Shown one piece after another: positions 9,008-19,811 of a stretch of 64,000 nucleotides of DNA (position 1 is the first letter of the stretch; the number at the start of each line of letters is the position of its first letter). Origin of the DNA: Candidatus Magasanikiibacteriota bacterium (GTDB lineage: Bacteria; Patescibacteriota; Patescibacteriia; Magasanikbacterales; 2-02-FULL-50-9b). Where the stretch lies: assembly GCA_943355025.1 (NCBI GenBank), contig CALRDW010000002.1, positions 7,252-71,251 of the forward strand. The letters run 5' to 3'. Under the pieces are notes generated by a model. The model was not told the origin of the DNA and did not search any database. It saw nothing but the letters and a program-made list of their open reading frames with translations. The position numbers were made by a program, and so were the translations under genes.

Positions 9008-10194
9008 GAATTAAGTGTCTTGCAACGCAATATCTCAGTCATGATTGTTTCTGAACGCTCTGCCCAACTATATTTTTTTACTCGTTCAAACGCGGCAGCG
9101 ACTCGATTCAGGTACAACTCGGGATGCTCCGCTGCGCTACGGATTGCATTTACAAGTGCGGTTGGATTATTAGGTTCAATTAAAATTGCTGAAGAGTCAT
9201 CTACTATTTCACAAATAGAGGGTAGTCGTGATGCAATAATAAGACGTTGTGCCGCCATGTATTCGAAAAGCTTCAGTGGCGAGGTGTGGTGTTCTGAAAT
9301 GCGTGAGCCGGATTTGTTTGGCAGAATCGCCATGTCCGCTGCTGCAAGGTACATGCGAACCATGTCGGTATTCGAATGACCAACAAGGGTAATGTGCGGG
9401 AACGCTTTATATTCATCCATAAGAATAAGTTCCTCTGGATGGCCACCAATAAGTATTATGCGGATGTGATCATGCGCGAGTATTTTTGCAGCTTCAAGTA
9501 AAATATCCACGCCCTTCCAGGAATGTTGAAAAAAACTTCCAGTGTAAACAGCAACAACATCTTCCGGCGGAATGTTGAGACTGAGACGTGCTACTTTTTT
9601 GTTTGTTGCCACATCAAATTTCTTCAAGTCAATTCCATCAGGAGCAACTAAAATATCATTAGGCGCGACACCAAGCGAAATCAAATCTTGTTTTAAGCCA
9701 TGTGTGATCGCAACAATCATCCCTACGCGTCGTAATAACAATCGAAATATTCTCGATGGTCGCGCTGGCAGTGTGTGCGCTTCCCAAATTGCATTTCGAA
9801 ACAGTGCGGCAACAAATAATTCTCGGCTGTAAATAATCCGCTGCGTTTTTCGATGGCATATACAGTAAATTATGAGGCTCAGCATAAACGTACTTGCCTG
9901 TATCCAATATGCTAATCGGCCAAGCCATATCGCGCTAAAAATAGTGTCGATACACCAGAGACGAATTATTGTAAAAGTTTTTTCAAATCCGTAATAAGTA
10001 AACGCATCCGTCCCAAGAGCGTTTTTTCGATTTGGAATAATGAGCGCGAAATCAATTTTTTTTTCCGCGCAGATTTTTTTTAGCTCTGCACACATCGACA
10101 TGATTTGTATCCCGTGCGCCCGCTCAACAGGCAGACGGTTGTTAGTAATGTACAGAAACTCGGCTATATTTTTTTCTTTAAAGGCTTGTTGCAT
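9004..10194 (-). CDS. GT4 glycosyltransferase
   Basis: KGVDILL, SPLKLFEYMAA. Confidence 0.88.
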   Translation of the reverse strand: MQQAFKEKNIAEFLYITNNRLPVERAHGIQIMSMCAELKKICAEKKIDFALIIPNRKNALGTDAFTYYGFEKTFTIIRLWCIDTIFSAIWLGRLAYWIQASTFMLSLIIYCICHRKTQRIIYSRELFVAALFRNAIWEAHTLPARPSRIFRLLLRRVGMIVAITHGLKQDLISLGVAPNDILVAPDGIDLKKFDVATNKKVARLSLNIPPEDVVAVYTGSFFQHSWKGVDILLEAAKILAHDHIRIILIGGHPEELILMDEYKAFPHITLVGHSNTDMVRMYLAAADMAILPNKSGSRISEHHTSPLKLFEYMAAQRLIIASRLPSICEIVDDSSAILIEPNNPTALVNAIRSAAEHPELYLNRVAAAFERVKKYSWAERSETIMTEILRCKTLNS

Positions 10195-10204
10195 GGATTT
10201 GGAT

Positions 10205-11209
10205 TTATGCTACGGGTGTCGGTGTAATTCCGAGCTCTGCACATTCGTGCTCAACCATGATGCGGACCAATTCTTTGAAGTGTACTTTTGGTTTCCACCC
10301 CAGTTTTTCCGCTGCTTTTGTTGCATCACCAATAAGTAAATCAACTTCTGTTGGGCGGTAGAGGCGTTCTTCGGTAATAATGTAAGGCATCCAATCTGTG
10401 ATACCAACAAGACGAAAAGCTTCTTCAACGAATTCTCGAACACTATGTGTTTCGCCAGTCGCTATAACAAAGTCTCCTGGTTCGGGTTGTTGAAGCATGA
10501 GCCACATTGCCTCAACATATTCTGGAGCATAGCCCCAGTCACGCTTTGCATCAAGATTACCAAGGTCCAGAATCGTTCGTTTTCCCGCCGCTATCTCAGC
10601 GACCGCACGAACAATTTTTTTTGTTACAAAATTTTCTCCACGTCGGGGTGACTCGTGATTAAATAAAATGCCATTGCTGATGAACATGCCATAAGCTTCT
10701 CTATAATTTACGCCGATCCAATACGCGTAGAGTTTTGAAACGCCATATGGACTTCGTGGATAAAAAGGTGTCGTTTCTTTCTGTGGCACTTCTTGAGCTT
10801 TTCCAAACATCTCAGAAGAAGACGCTTGATAAATTTTTGTTTTTAATCCAAGCACCTGAACGGATTCGATAAGTTTCATTGCGCCGAGCGCAACGGTTTG
10901 TGCTGTATAGAACGGTAAATTAAAACTGATACGCACGTGGCTTTGAGCCCCAAGATTATAAATCTCGTCTGGTTTAACAGTTTGAAGGATACTGAAAATG
11001 CTTGAGTCATCTGTCAAATCGCCGTAGTGTAAAATTACAAAATTTTCTGGATTATCAGCGCTCAGCAAATGTTCAACTCGACTTCGATTAAATGTGCTTG
11101 CGTGGCGGACCATTCCGTGCACCTCATAGCCTTTTGCAAGCAAAAATTCAGCAAGATATGAGCCGTCTTGGCCTGTAATTCCGGTTATGAGCGCTCTTTT
11201 TTTGTTCAT
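10205..11209 (-). CDS. gmd: GDP-mannose 4,6-dehydratase
   Basis: [34 protein letters not shown]. Confidence 0.97.
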   Translation of the reverse strand: MNKKRALITGITGQDGSYLAEFLLAKGYEVHGMVRHASTFNRSRVEHLLSADNPENFVILHYGDLTDDSSIFSILQTVKPDEIYNLGAQSHVRISFNLPFYTAQTVALGAMKLIESVQVLGLKTKIYQASSSEMFGKAQEVPQKETTPFYPRSPYGVSKLYAYWIGVNYREAYGMFISNGILFNHESPRRGENFVTKKIVRAVAEIAAGKRTILDLGNLDAKRDWGYAPEYVEAMWLMLQQPEPGDFVIATGETHSVREFVEEAFRLVGITDWMPYIITEERLYRPTEVDLLIGDATKAAEKLGWKPKVHFKELVRIMVEHECAELGITPTPVA

Positions 11210-11367
11210 ATGGTTGGATTTGCAGCTGAATAGTTGTGTGTGCGTTGGAATATTACGCTAAAAAGACGGCTGCAGTCAACACCTTGTTGGGCCGTCTAAC
11301 CCAGTAAAGTTTAAATACCAAGGTTTACAATCGTGCCCATAAATGCTACTCTTTATGGAACTTCTGT

Positions 11368-12843
11368 ATGAATGAGCGTGGTATTTTTTCGAAATCAATT
11401 CACGGTGGGAAATGGTTATTGATGAGCGTTGTTGCGAATAAAGTAATCAATCTCGCTCCTTTTTTCGTTTTAACACGACTGTTATCTCCTATAGATTACG
11501 GTATTATAAACATAGCTTTTCTGGTTTCTTCGTTGGGAGATAAATTATTTAATATTAATTTTGATCAGGCTTTAATTAGAAAACGTGGCTCGATTGACGA
11601 AGAGCTGGCGACTGTGTGGACTTTTGGGCTGCTCCGCTCAGCATTCATAGCGTGTCTAATTTTTTTTCTGTCGGGCTGGGTTTCGGTTCAGCTGCATGTA
11701 CCATCAAGTTACATAAATATTATTCGGTATAGCGGACTTTTTTTGATTCTGAGCGCCTGTGCGAATCCTCAGCAGACAAAACTCTTTAGAGATTTGGACA
11801 TGCGCCCTTATTTTTGGCGCGATTTTGTTGCTGCAATTGTCTACGCAGTAGTATCGATAGGGTGGGCAGTTTTTGTAAGCGCAACCGTGTGGGCTTTATT
11901 TATTGGTTACGTTGCACGATTGCTCGCAGGAGTATTCATGACTTATTTTTTCGTGCCAATAATTCCAAGAATCAAATGGAATGTTCGGCATTTGTTGCCG
12001 CATGTGCGACAAGGTCTCCTATATTATTTTCAAGATTTGGGGAGCTATTTATTGTCTGCTACTGACGCGTTTATTGTTGCGCATCTTTTTACAGTAACGG
12101 ACGTTGGATTTTTTACTCGCGCACAAGATACTGCATCAATGGTATCGTCCTCGCTTCTATCAGTTATAAATAAATTAGCTTTTTCCGCCTACGCAAATTT
12201 ACAAACTCAGTTAGAAAAAGTCAGAGATGGTTTTTTAAAAAATCTGGATGTGTTTTTAATGCTGAGTCTACCTTTTTGCGTGCTCATCATTTTAGATGGT
12301 GGTGAAATTGTGCGCATTCTTTTTGGAGAAAAATGGTTAGCGCTTGTTTTACCTCTCAAGATTTTTTCATTTGGAACAATTTTTATCAACATTTCAAATA
12401 GTATAACACCGATATTAAACGCATTGGGTTACGCAAGGTATGTTGTAAAAATAAATGCTGTTCAGCTTTGTGCGATGGTAATTGCCGTTGTGTTCGGCGC
12501 TCATTTCGGTGGCCTTATTGGTTCCGTGATTGGGGTCGTGTGTGCAAGCATCATTACATTCGGTATCGGATTTTTTAAATTGAATGCAGTATTAAAAATT
12601 GATTTTAGTCATTACAGTGCGCCAATAATCAGCGGTTTCGCGGCTTCATTAGCGACCGTTCTCGCCTCCATTTTTCTGAGGCATTATTATTTTAACTCAG
12701 GTTCGAAAATTTTGTTTGTTGTTTTGATGAGCCTTCTCAGTAGTATTTACTACTCGGTTTTATTTATTACAAGTTATAAATTGCAAGCGGGCCCGTGGTT
12801 TACGCTACGCAAAGTCTTTACTGAATTCATCAGACTTCACTAG
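11368..12843 (+). CDS. oligosaccharide flippase (Wzx/PST family)
   Basis: About 12-14 TM segments, LTRLLSPIDYG, ILFGEKW. Confidence 0.85.
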   Translation: MNERGIFSKSIHGGKWLLMSVVANKVINLAPFFVLTRLLSPIDYGIINIAFLVSSLGDKLFNINFDQALIRKRGSIDEELATVWTFGLLRSAFIACLIFFLSGWVSVQLHVPSSYINIIRYSGLFLILSACANPQQTKLFRDLDMRPYFWRDFVAAIVYAVVSIGWAVFVSATVWALFIGYVARLLAGVFMTYFFVPIIPRIKWNVRHLLPHVRQGLLYYFQDLGSYLLSATDAFIVAHLFTVTDVGFFTRAQDTASMVSSSLLSVINKLAFSAYANLQTQLEKVRDGFLKNLDVFLMLSLPFCVLIILDGGEIVRILFGEKWLALVLPLKIFSFGTIFINISNSITPILNALGYARYVVKINAVQLCAMVIAVVFGAHFGGLIGSVIGVVCASIITFGIGFFKLNAVLKIDFSHYSAPIISGFAASLATVLASIFLRHYYFNSGSKILFVVLMSLLSSIYYSVLFITSYKLQAGPWFTLRKVFTEFIRLH

Positions 12844-12891
12844 TTGACGTACTGTAGATCACAGATTACTATATAATAAATAAATGATCCT

Positions 12892-14022
12892 ATGATCCCG
12901 TACGGTCGCCAAACAATAGATGAAGATGATATCGCTGCAGTTGTTTCTGTATTGAAATCGGATTGGTTGACGCAAGGTCCTCATATTTTAGAATTTGAAA
13001 AAGCGCTCGCTGAATATTGCGGTGCGCGGTTTGCAGTTGTAGTTTCAAATGGAACAGCAGCGCTTCATACCGCATACCATACACTTCATCTCAAGCCAGG
13101 CGATGAAATTATTACATCGCCACTTACATTTGCTGCAACAACCAATGCAGCGTTGTGGGAAGGCGCCCGCCCTATTTTTGTAGATATTGATCCGACGACA
13201 GGGAATTTAGATCCGAAGCTCATCGAAGAAAAAATAACAGAAAAAACGCGCGCGATTGTACCGATTCATTTTAGCGGACGGCCAGCTGACATGGATTCAA
13301 TTCGAGAAATTGCAGATCGACACAAACTCGCGATTATCGAAGATGCGTGTCACGCTCTCGGCGCAGTATATAAAGGAAAAAAAATCGGCTCGAGTAGCGG
13401 GTTAGTCGCGTTTAGTTTTCATCCTGTAAAAGGAATTACTACTGGCGAGGGTGGTGCGGTACTCACAAATGATGAGGATGTGTATAAAGAGATGAAACGT
13501 TTTGCATCACATGGAATTTCAAAAGAAAATTTTGTTCGAGAATCTCCGGGTGCTTGGTATCATGAGATGCAAATATTGGGAAATAATTATCGCATGACAG
13601 ACATGCAAGCGGCACTTGGCACAAGCCAGCTTAAAAAAATCGATTCATTTATTTCACGTCGTCGTGAAATTGCACGGCGGTATAGAGCAGAACTTTCTGC
13701 AGGTTCAAATTTTGAACTTCCACCAGCGGATACTGCGGACTATCAATCTGCGTGGCATTTATATGTAATTCGGTTGCGCGGAAAAAATACATCTCGGCGT
13801 GCGGAAGTTTTTGGGAAACTTCGGGACGCAGGCATTGGTGTGCAGGTACATTATATCCCTGTGTACCTACATCCGTATTATGAGTCACTGGGGTATGTGA
13901 AGGGACTGTGTCCGTTAGCAGAGAATTATTACGAAGCTGAAATTTCTTTGCCGATTTTTCCAAGCCTGACTGACGCTGAACAGGATTTTGTGATACGCAC
14001 TCTGCGTATAGTGCTCGCATAA
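12892..14022 (+). CDS. pseC: UDP-4-amino-4,6-dideoxy-N-acetyl-beta-L-altrosamine transaminase
   Basis: IPYGRQ...LTQGP, EDACHA, SFHPVK, VQVHYIP. Confidence 0.88.
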   Translation: MIPYGRQTIDEDDIAAVVSVLKSDWLTQGPHILEFEKALAEYCGARFAVVVSNGTAALHTAYHTLHLKPGDEIITSPLTFAATTNAALWEGARPIFVDIDPTTGNLDPKLIEEKITEKTRAIVPIHFSGRPADMDSIREIADRHKLAIIEDACHALGAVYKGKKIGSSSGLVAFSFHPVKGITTGEGGAVLTNDEDVYKEMKRFASHGISKENFVRESPGAWYHEMQILGNNYRMTDMQAALGTSQLKKIDSFISRRREIARRYRAELSAGSNFELPPADTADYQSAWHLYVIRLRGKNTSRRAEVFGKLRDAGIGVQVHYIPVYLHPYYESLGYVKGLCPLAENYYEAEISLPIFPSLTDAEQDFVIRTLRIVLA

Positions 14023-14027
14023 ATAAT

Positions 14028-15122
14028 ATGGATTTATTTAAGCCAGATAATTTTTCCTCGTCAGAGGTTGTTTTTAAAAAAAATTTAAACCATAGCCTTG
14101 ATTTTTTTTTAAAGGTGTTTAATTATTATTTTAAATCGCCAGTACTAATCAGTATTGAGGAGTTGGGCGGGCGTGCGATTAACTCTCAGAATTTTCGTAT
14201 TAAGCTCGAAACTGACGACGGTATTTTACATGATGTGCTATTTCGTCGATGCATTTTTTTCTCGGACCAGATTCAAATTATCTCATGTCTCAAGGTTATC
14301 GCAGCAAGCCGCATCTATGGAGCAGCCGTTCCGGAGGTTCTAAAAACAATTGAGGGGCTTCAATTCATAACACATGCAGGTGAGTTTTTCGTTCTATTTA
14401 ATTTTATATCAGGGAATTATTTTGTTCCTCATATTCTCGCCTACAGCTCTCTTGCGCAATCACTTGCTAGATTGCATCGTTCATTCGTGATCTTAGATGA
14501 GGATCTCGTGAACGCTATTCGAACAGAAAGTCAGAAAAATATAAAAGCGTATTATAATAAGGTAACGGAGTATTCGCGTGCTGATTTTGAATTTTTTTTG
14601 AATATGGTTGATCCAGAAATTCGAGTGGAATTAACAAATTTAATGCCACTTATAGATACGACAGCGCGGACTGTGGGCAAACTTAATGAATGCTATTCAC
14701 AAATTATCCATTCGGACATGCACCCGCATAATGTCCTGTTTGAGGGAGATGCACTCGAAGCGATACTCGATTTTGATGCACTTCGATATGCAGAGCGAGC
14801 GCGCGATGTTGGTATGGCGCTCTATCGATTCGGTCGACAATTTTTTGTTGCAACACACGCAATAGACTCGTGTGATCTGCATGATCAGGCACACGAATAT
14901 ACGAAGAGATTCATACAAGAGTATGCTGCAGTGAATCCATTGACACAAATAGAATTAGAGTATATGCCGTTCATTGTCGCTGATGAATTTATAAAAAAAT
15001 TGCTTTTTGTACTCAGAAGTGTGTATATTGAGAAGAATACGGTGTGGGCGGCAGACATTAGTAAGTTTTGTAGCGCGTTATCAGAAATTACTTTTTTTTG
15101 GGATTATGACACACAAAACTAA
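14028..15122 (+). CDS. APH/homoserine-kinase-type-II-like phosphotransferase
   Basis: LARLH, IIHSDMHPHNVLF, ILDFD. Confidence 0.75.
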   Translation: MDLFKPDNFSSSEVVFKKNLNHSLDFFLKVFNYYFKSPVLISIEELGGRAINSQNFRIKLETDDGILHDVLFRRCIFFSDQIQIISCLKVIAASRIYGAAVPEVLKTIEGLQFITHAGEFFVLFNFISGNYFVPHILAYSSLAQSLARLHRSFVILDEDLVNAIRTESQKNIKAYYNKVTEYSRADFEFFLNMVDPEIRVELTNLMPLIDTTARTVGKLNECYSQIIHSDMHPHNVLFEGDALEAILDFDALRYAERARDVGMALYRFGRQFFVATHAIDSCDLHDQAHEYTKRFIQEYAAVNPLTQIELEYMPFIVADEFIKKLLFVLRSVYIEKNTVWAADISKFCSALSEITFFWDYDTQN

Positions 15123-16401
15123 ACGCGAGCAGATTAGCGATATTTTGCAATTTATTCCGGCTGCATCACAAACGCTTAGTAAAAATCCGACACAATTCGT
15201 TGTGGGTGTTTCACCAGTAACTGCATCATACGCAAAGGGCGCGTATCTGTGGGATATCGAAGGTAAGCCATACTTAGATTTGATACTTGCGCTTGGGCCC
15301 ATGATTTTTGGTTATGGAAACGAGAGAATTGATAGTGCGGCACATAAACAAATCGAGCGCGGGACAATTTTTTCATTGCCGTCTGAAAATGAAATCGTGC
15401 TTGCACGATTGCTTGCTGATGTCGTTCCGTGTGCAGAAATGAGTCGATTTGTTTTAAATGGTGCTGATGCGACAACGGGGGCAGTTCGTTTAGCACGACA
15501 CATTACGAAGCGGGATCACGTTGCTGTTTGCGGCTATCACGGCTATGAGGATTGGAGCATTTGCGTGCGTAATGGTCGGAGTGCTGGGGTGCCTCAAATT
15601 AACAAAACACTGACACACGAATTTGTTTATAACGATATCGCATCACTCAGGCAGATTTTTTTAGATAATCCGGGAGAGATTGCGGCTGTTGTTCTTGAGC
15701 CTGTTGCAAGCGAAAAACCACTTGACGGTTTTTTGGAGGCAGTAAAAAATGTGGCACATGAGCACGGTGCCATTTTAATTTTTGATGAAATGGTCACTGG
15801 TTTTAGATGGGCGATTGGTGGCGCACAAGAATATTTTGGTGTCGTGCCCGATATTGCATGCTTTGGAAAAGCGATATCCTGTGGGTATCCGCTCGCGGCA
15901 ATTTGTGGGAAGCGTGAATACATGCGACATATGGATGAGGTATTTGTTTCGATGACGTTCGCAGGATTTACACTCGGAATTGCTTCTGCACTTGAAGCGA
16001 TAACAATGATGCGTGAGCTAGGTGACGTTCATACGCACATGCATCGGACAGGAGAGTATCTCATTGGAAAAGCGAATGAAGTTTTTACCGCAAATAATTT
16101 ACCGATAGAATTTATTGGGTACGGGCCTCATCCTGTCATGCGCGTGAAACTTCCAGAGGGCGATTCGCGTTTAGTAAAAACATACATCATGCAGGAGATG
16201 CATAAGGCGGGTATATTATTTAATTCATCGATGATGATTGGGTATATTCACACAGAACAGCACATGAACGAAGTTATTGCTGTGTTGCAGAGTGCGTGCT
16301 TGGTTATTGCATCAAATAGGGTCGGAGATTCATTTGAAAATCTGCGTGGATTTTTTGAGGGCGACATTGTTGCACCACGATCAGTGCGTGTTGAACAATA
16401 G
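15106..16401 (+). CDS. class III PLP aminotransferase (GSA-aminomutase-like, sugar pathway)
   Basis: YHG, VLEP, LIFDEMVTGFR, FGKAI. Confidence 0.85.
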   Translation: MTHKTKREQISDILQFIPAASQTLSKNPTQFVVGVSPVTASYAKGAYLWDIEGKPYLDLILALGPMIFGYGNERIDSAAHKQIERGTIFSLPSENEIVLARLLADVVPCAEMSRFVLNGADATTGAVRLARHITKRDHVAVCGYHGYEDWSICVRNGRSAGVPQINKTLTHEFVYNDIASLRQIFLDNPGEIAAVVLEPVASEKPLDGFLEAVKNVAHEHGAILIFDEMVTGFRWAIGGAQEYFGVVPDIACFGKAISCGYPLAAICGKREYMRHMDEVFVSMTFAGFTLGIASALEAITMMRELGDVHTHMHRTGEYLIGKANEVFTANNLPIEFIGYGPHPVMRVKLPEGDSRLVKTYIMQEMHKAGILFNSSMMIGYIHTEQHMNEVIAVLQSACLVIASNRVGDSFENLRGFFEGDIVAPRSVRVEQ

Positions 16402-16402
16402 T

Positions 16403-17026
16403 ATGTTTGACGATAAAAAAATTCGTGCAATAATTTTTGATTGGGGGGGCACGTGCGGTGAAGACAGTGAACCGTTTGCTTTACAAAGTTTGTTGCAGAC
16501 ACTCGGGAAAACCCCAGATGAAATTTCGTATGTCGTGCGCGATTTACTAGATGATTTTTATAAAGGGAAAATTTCATCAGATTTGTTTTGGCCACGTGTG
16601 CTTGAGCGCTTCGGTTTATTGGAAACACAAGATATGAACTGTGTGTTATTAAGCGCTGCGTATCTCTCGACATGCCGCCCGTTTGATGAAATATTGGGCA
16701 GTATTATAGAGCTAAGAAAAAAATATAAAACAGGACTTTTATCCAATCTAACGCCACTTATGCGTGATCATATTCGTAAACAAGAGAGTTGGTTTGATTA
16801 TTTTGATGCCGAAGTATATAGTTGCGACTCTAATATTATGGAGAGGAAGCCAGATATATCCATGTATAATGCGATTACAAAAAAACTCGGTGTTTCTCCA
16901 GAGAACTGTTTATTCATTGATAACACTTCACACAACGTAATCGCAGCCAAGGATTTCGGGATGCAAGGACTATTATTTACATCTGTTGCACAGTGTCTCG
17001 CAGATACTGCCGCGCTGCTACAATAG
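16403..17026 (+). CDS. HAD-family phosphatase
   Basis: IIFDWGG, LLSN, KPD, LFIDN. Confidence 0.85.
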   Translation: MFDDKKIRAIIFDWGGTCGEDSEPFALQSLLQTLGKTPDEISYVVRDLLDDFYKGKISSDLFWPRVLERFGLLETQDMNCVLLSAAYLSTCRPFDEILGSIIELRKKYKTGLLSNLTPLMRDHIRKQESWFDYFDAEVYSCDSNIMERKPDISMYNAITKKLGVSPENCLFIDNTSHNVIAAKDFGMQGLLFTSVAQCLADTAALLQ

Positions 17027-17029
17027 TTT

Positions 17030-18016
17030 ATGAGATTTATTATTATTGGCGGAGGATCAATAGGCAAACGGCATCTCAGGAATCTGTTATCGCTTGGCGA
17101 ATCCGATATTGCTGTCGTTGAGCAGAACGCCGAACGCATGTCAGCCATTGCGGCGGAATTTAATATCAAAACATTTTCTTCGATGCGGCAAGCATTTGAA
17201 TCTGAAACATTTGAGTGCGCTTTTATTTGCTCACCTTCCCGATTCCATCAAGAACAAGCGTTGTATTGCGCTGACCATAAGTGCGATTTATTTATTGAAA
17301 AACCTCTTTCACATACAATGGATGGAATTTTTGAATTAAAAAATGTAATTGAAAAAAATAAATTAATAACAATGGTCGGGAGTAATTTTAAATTTTATCC
17401 ATCATTACAGAAAATTAAAAGCTTGTTGGATGCTGGGGCCATTGGAAAAATTCTTTCCGCGCGATTGCAGTTTGGACAATATTTGCCTGATTGGCATCCG
17501 TGGGAAGATTACCGACAGGGCTACAGTGCGAATGAGCGCCTCGGTGGTGGGGTGCTTCTTGATTCACACGAATTTGATTATGCGACCTGGCTGCTCGGGG
17601 ATGTGTCTAAAGTTACGTGCGTAGCAAAAAAAATAAGTGACCTTGAAATTGATGTTGAAGATGTTGCGGCAGTTATTTTGCACCTAAAAAGCGGAGCACT
17701 TGTTGAACTTCATCTCGATTATGTTCAGCGATTTTATAGCCGCTGTTATGAGTTTTTTGGTGAAACAGGGACAATCATGTGGGACATAAAAGAAAAAAAA
17801 GTTTTACTCAAAACCAAAGAAGCGGGCGAACAAATTTTTGAGCTCATTTCTGAATACGATTTTAATACCATGTATATAGATGAACTCAAACATTTTTTGG
17901 CGTGTGTTGAAGCGCGAAGTAATACAGTTTCAAGTGTAATTGTCGGAGCGCGCGTGCTCGAAATTATCACTGCAGCAAAAGAATCTTCGCTGAAAGAAAA
18001 AACGATTGAAGTATGA
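17030..18016 (+). CDS. Gfo/Idh/MocA oxidoreductase
   Basis: GGGSIGKRH, IEKP, GGGVLLDSHEFD. Confidence 0.9.
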   Translation: MRFIIIGGGSIGKRHLRNLLSLGESDIAVVEQNAERMSAIAAEFNIKTFSSMRQAFESETFECAFICSPSRFHQEQALYCADHKCDLFIEKPLSHTMDGIFELKNVIEKNKLITMVGSNFKFYPSLQKIKSLLDAGAIGKILSARLQFGQYLPDWHPWEDYRQGYSANERLGGGVLLDSHEFDYATWLLGDVSKVTCVAKKISDLEIDVEDVAAVILHLKSGALVELHLDYVQRFYSRCYEFFGETGTIMWDIKEKKVLLKTKEAGEQIFELISEYDFNTMYIDELKHFLACVEARSNTVSSVIVGARVLEIITAAKESSLKEKTIEV

Positions 18017-18765
18017 AAATTGCAGTGATTATTCAAGCGCGTATGGGATCGAAACGCTTGCCAGGAAAAACGCTTATGATGATCGGTGGTAAACCTGCGA
18101 TCGCTCACGTTGTAGATCGTGTACGGCGCTCAAAACTCATGACGCACTATTGTGTGGCAACGACAACCAATGTAGAAGATGATACACTTGTTGCGTGGGC
18201 GGCTGAATACGGCGCACCCTGTTTTCGAGGGAATGAGCTTAATGTGCTTGATCGGTATTATGAAGCAGCACGATCAGTGTGTGCAGATGTCGTTGTTCGT
18301 GTCACAGGGGATTGTCCGCTCGTGGACCCCACCGTCATTGATTCGGTAATCAATCGTTATTTGAAGGGTGATAAAATTTTTGATTATGTTTCAAATATAC
18401 ATCCGCCAACATTTCCGGATGGTTTGGATGTCGAAGTTTTTTCATTCAAGTCATTAGAATGTGCATGGCGAGAGGCGCAGTTATTGTCGGAACAGGAGCA
18501 TGTGACGCCGTACATATGGAAACATCCGGAGCTGTTTAATCAAACATCAATTTCTTCTGAGGTTGATCTGTCAAATAATCGATGGACGTTAGATTCCTCT
18601 GAAGATCTGGTTTTTTTTCAACAATTAGCTTTGCACTGTGCGTTTCTTGAGAACGCAACGACAGAAGAGATTTTGGAAATTATTCAAAATAATCCTGTTC
18701 TGCCCACATTGAATTGCCAACACATTCGTAATGAGGGGTATGAGAAATCGCTTTTAATTGATTGA
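18013..18765 (+). CDS. SpsF/PseF-like cytidylyltransferase
   Basis: IQARMGSKRLPGK, RVTGDCP, EHVTPY, WTLD. Confidence 0.88.
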   Translation: MKIAVIIQARMGSKRLPGKTLMMIGGKPAIAHVVDRVRRSKLMTHYCVATTTNVEDDTLVAWAAEYGAPCFRGNELNVLDRYYEAARSVCADVVVRVTGDCPLVDPTVIDSVINRYLKGDKIFDYVSNIHPPTFPDGLDVEVFSFKSLECAWREAQLLSEQEHVTPYIWKHPELFNQTSISSEVDLSNNRWTLDSSEDLVFFQQLALHCAFLENATTEEILEIIQNNPVLPTLNCQHIRNEGYEKSLLID

Positions 18766-18827
18766 TCAATAAGTGGTACGTTATTGCAAAAAAAATTTCC
18801 CCGTGTTAGTCTTGCCGATATCAACAT

Positions 18828-19811
18828 ATGTCATACGAATGTTTCAGCCAAAAAGTAGTTTTAGTTACTGGTGCCACAGGATCTTTTGGGCGTAAATTTA
18901 TTACAACACTGCTTGCAGAAAGTTGTGCAAAAAAAGTAATTGTTTTTAGTCGGGATGAATTGAAGCAATCGCACATGCAGGTTGAAATTTCTGATCCAGA
19001 AAATCGCCTTCGTTTTTTTATCGGAGATGTGCGTGATCTCGATCGTTTGCGCCGTGCATTTCATGGTGTCGATATTGTTGTTCATGCGGCAGCACTGAAA
19101 CAAGTGCCAGCACTCGAATACAATCCGTATGAGGCTGTTAAGACTAATGTGCTGGGTTCACAGAACGTAATTGATGCCGCAATTGATTGTGGCGTTAAAC
19201 AGGTGGTTCTTATTTCAACAGACAAGGCAGCTAATCCAGTTAATTTGTATGGGGCCACAAAGATGACTGCTGAGCGATTGTTCATTCAAGGCAATGTGTA
19301 CAGCGGAGGGACTACAAAGTTCGCTGTTGTACGATACGGAAATGTTGTTGGAAGTCGCGGAAGCATCGTTGATATTTTAAAAAACAGAAAAGAAGGAGGT
19401 TCTGTTAGAATCACTGATGAGGCGATGACTCGGTTTTGGATCACACTTGATCAAGGCGTGGCAATCGTTGTTCATGCAATCGAAACCATGCGTGGTGGCG
19501 AAATTTTCATTCCAAAAATTCCGAGCATGCGAGTTGTTGATTTGATGGAAGCGATTGCGCCAGGCTGCCAGCGAGAAATAATCGGCATTCGTCCGGGTGA
19601 AAAAATCAACGAAGTTTTGATTACAGAAGAGGAATCACGCACTGGCAGAGAATTTGATGGCCACTTTGTAATTATTTCAGGTATTGAAATTGGAAATTCG
19701 CCGTGGTTGGAAGGATCGCCGCTGCCCGCTGATTTTCGTTATGCAAGTCACACTAATACGCACTGGCTCTCAGTTGAGGATATTAAGAAGATTGTTTATC
19801 CCGAGAAGTGA
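18828..19811 (+). CDS. pseB: UDP-GlcNAc 4,6-dehydratase (inverting)
   Basis: TGATGSFG, SRDELKQ, HAAALKQVP, STDKA, YGNVVGSRGS, GIRPGEK. Confidence 0.92.
   Translation: MSYECFSQKVVLVTGATGSFGRKFITTLLAESCAKKVIVFSRDELKQSHMQVEISDPENRLRFFIGDVRDLDRLRRAFHGVDIVVHAAALKQVPALEYNPYEAVKTNVLGSQNVIDAAIDCGVKQVVLISTDKAANPVNLYGATKMTAERLFIQGNVYSGGTTKFAVVRYGNVVGSRGSIVDILKNRKEGGSVRITDEAMTRFWITLDQGVAIVVHAIETMRGGEIFIPKIPSMRVVDLMEAIAPGCQREIIGIRPGEKINEVLITEEESRTGREFDGHFVIISGIEIGNSPWLEGSPLPADFRYASHTNTHWLSVEDIKKIVYPEK

Noticed and set aside
15106-16401. hemL (tetrapyrrole synthesis)
   Set aside because: It is embedded in a sugar-nucleotide operon with no other hem genes; a sugar aminotransferase role is more likely.
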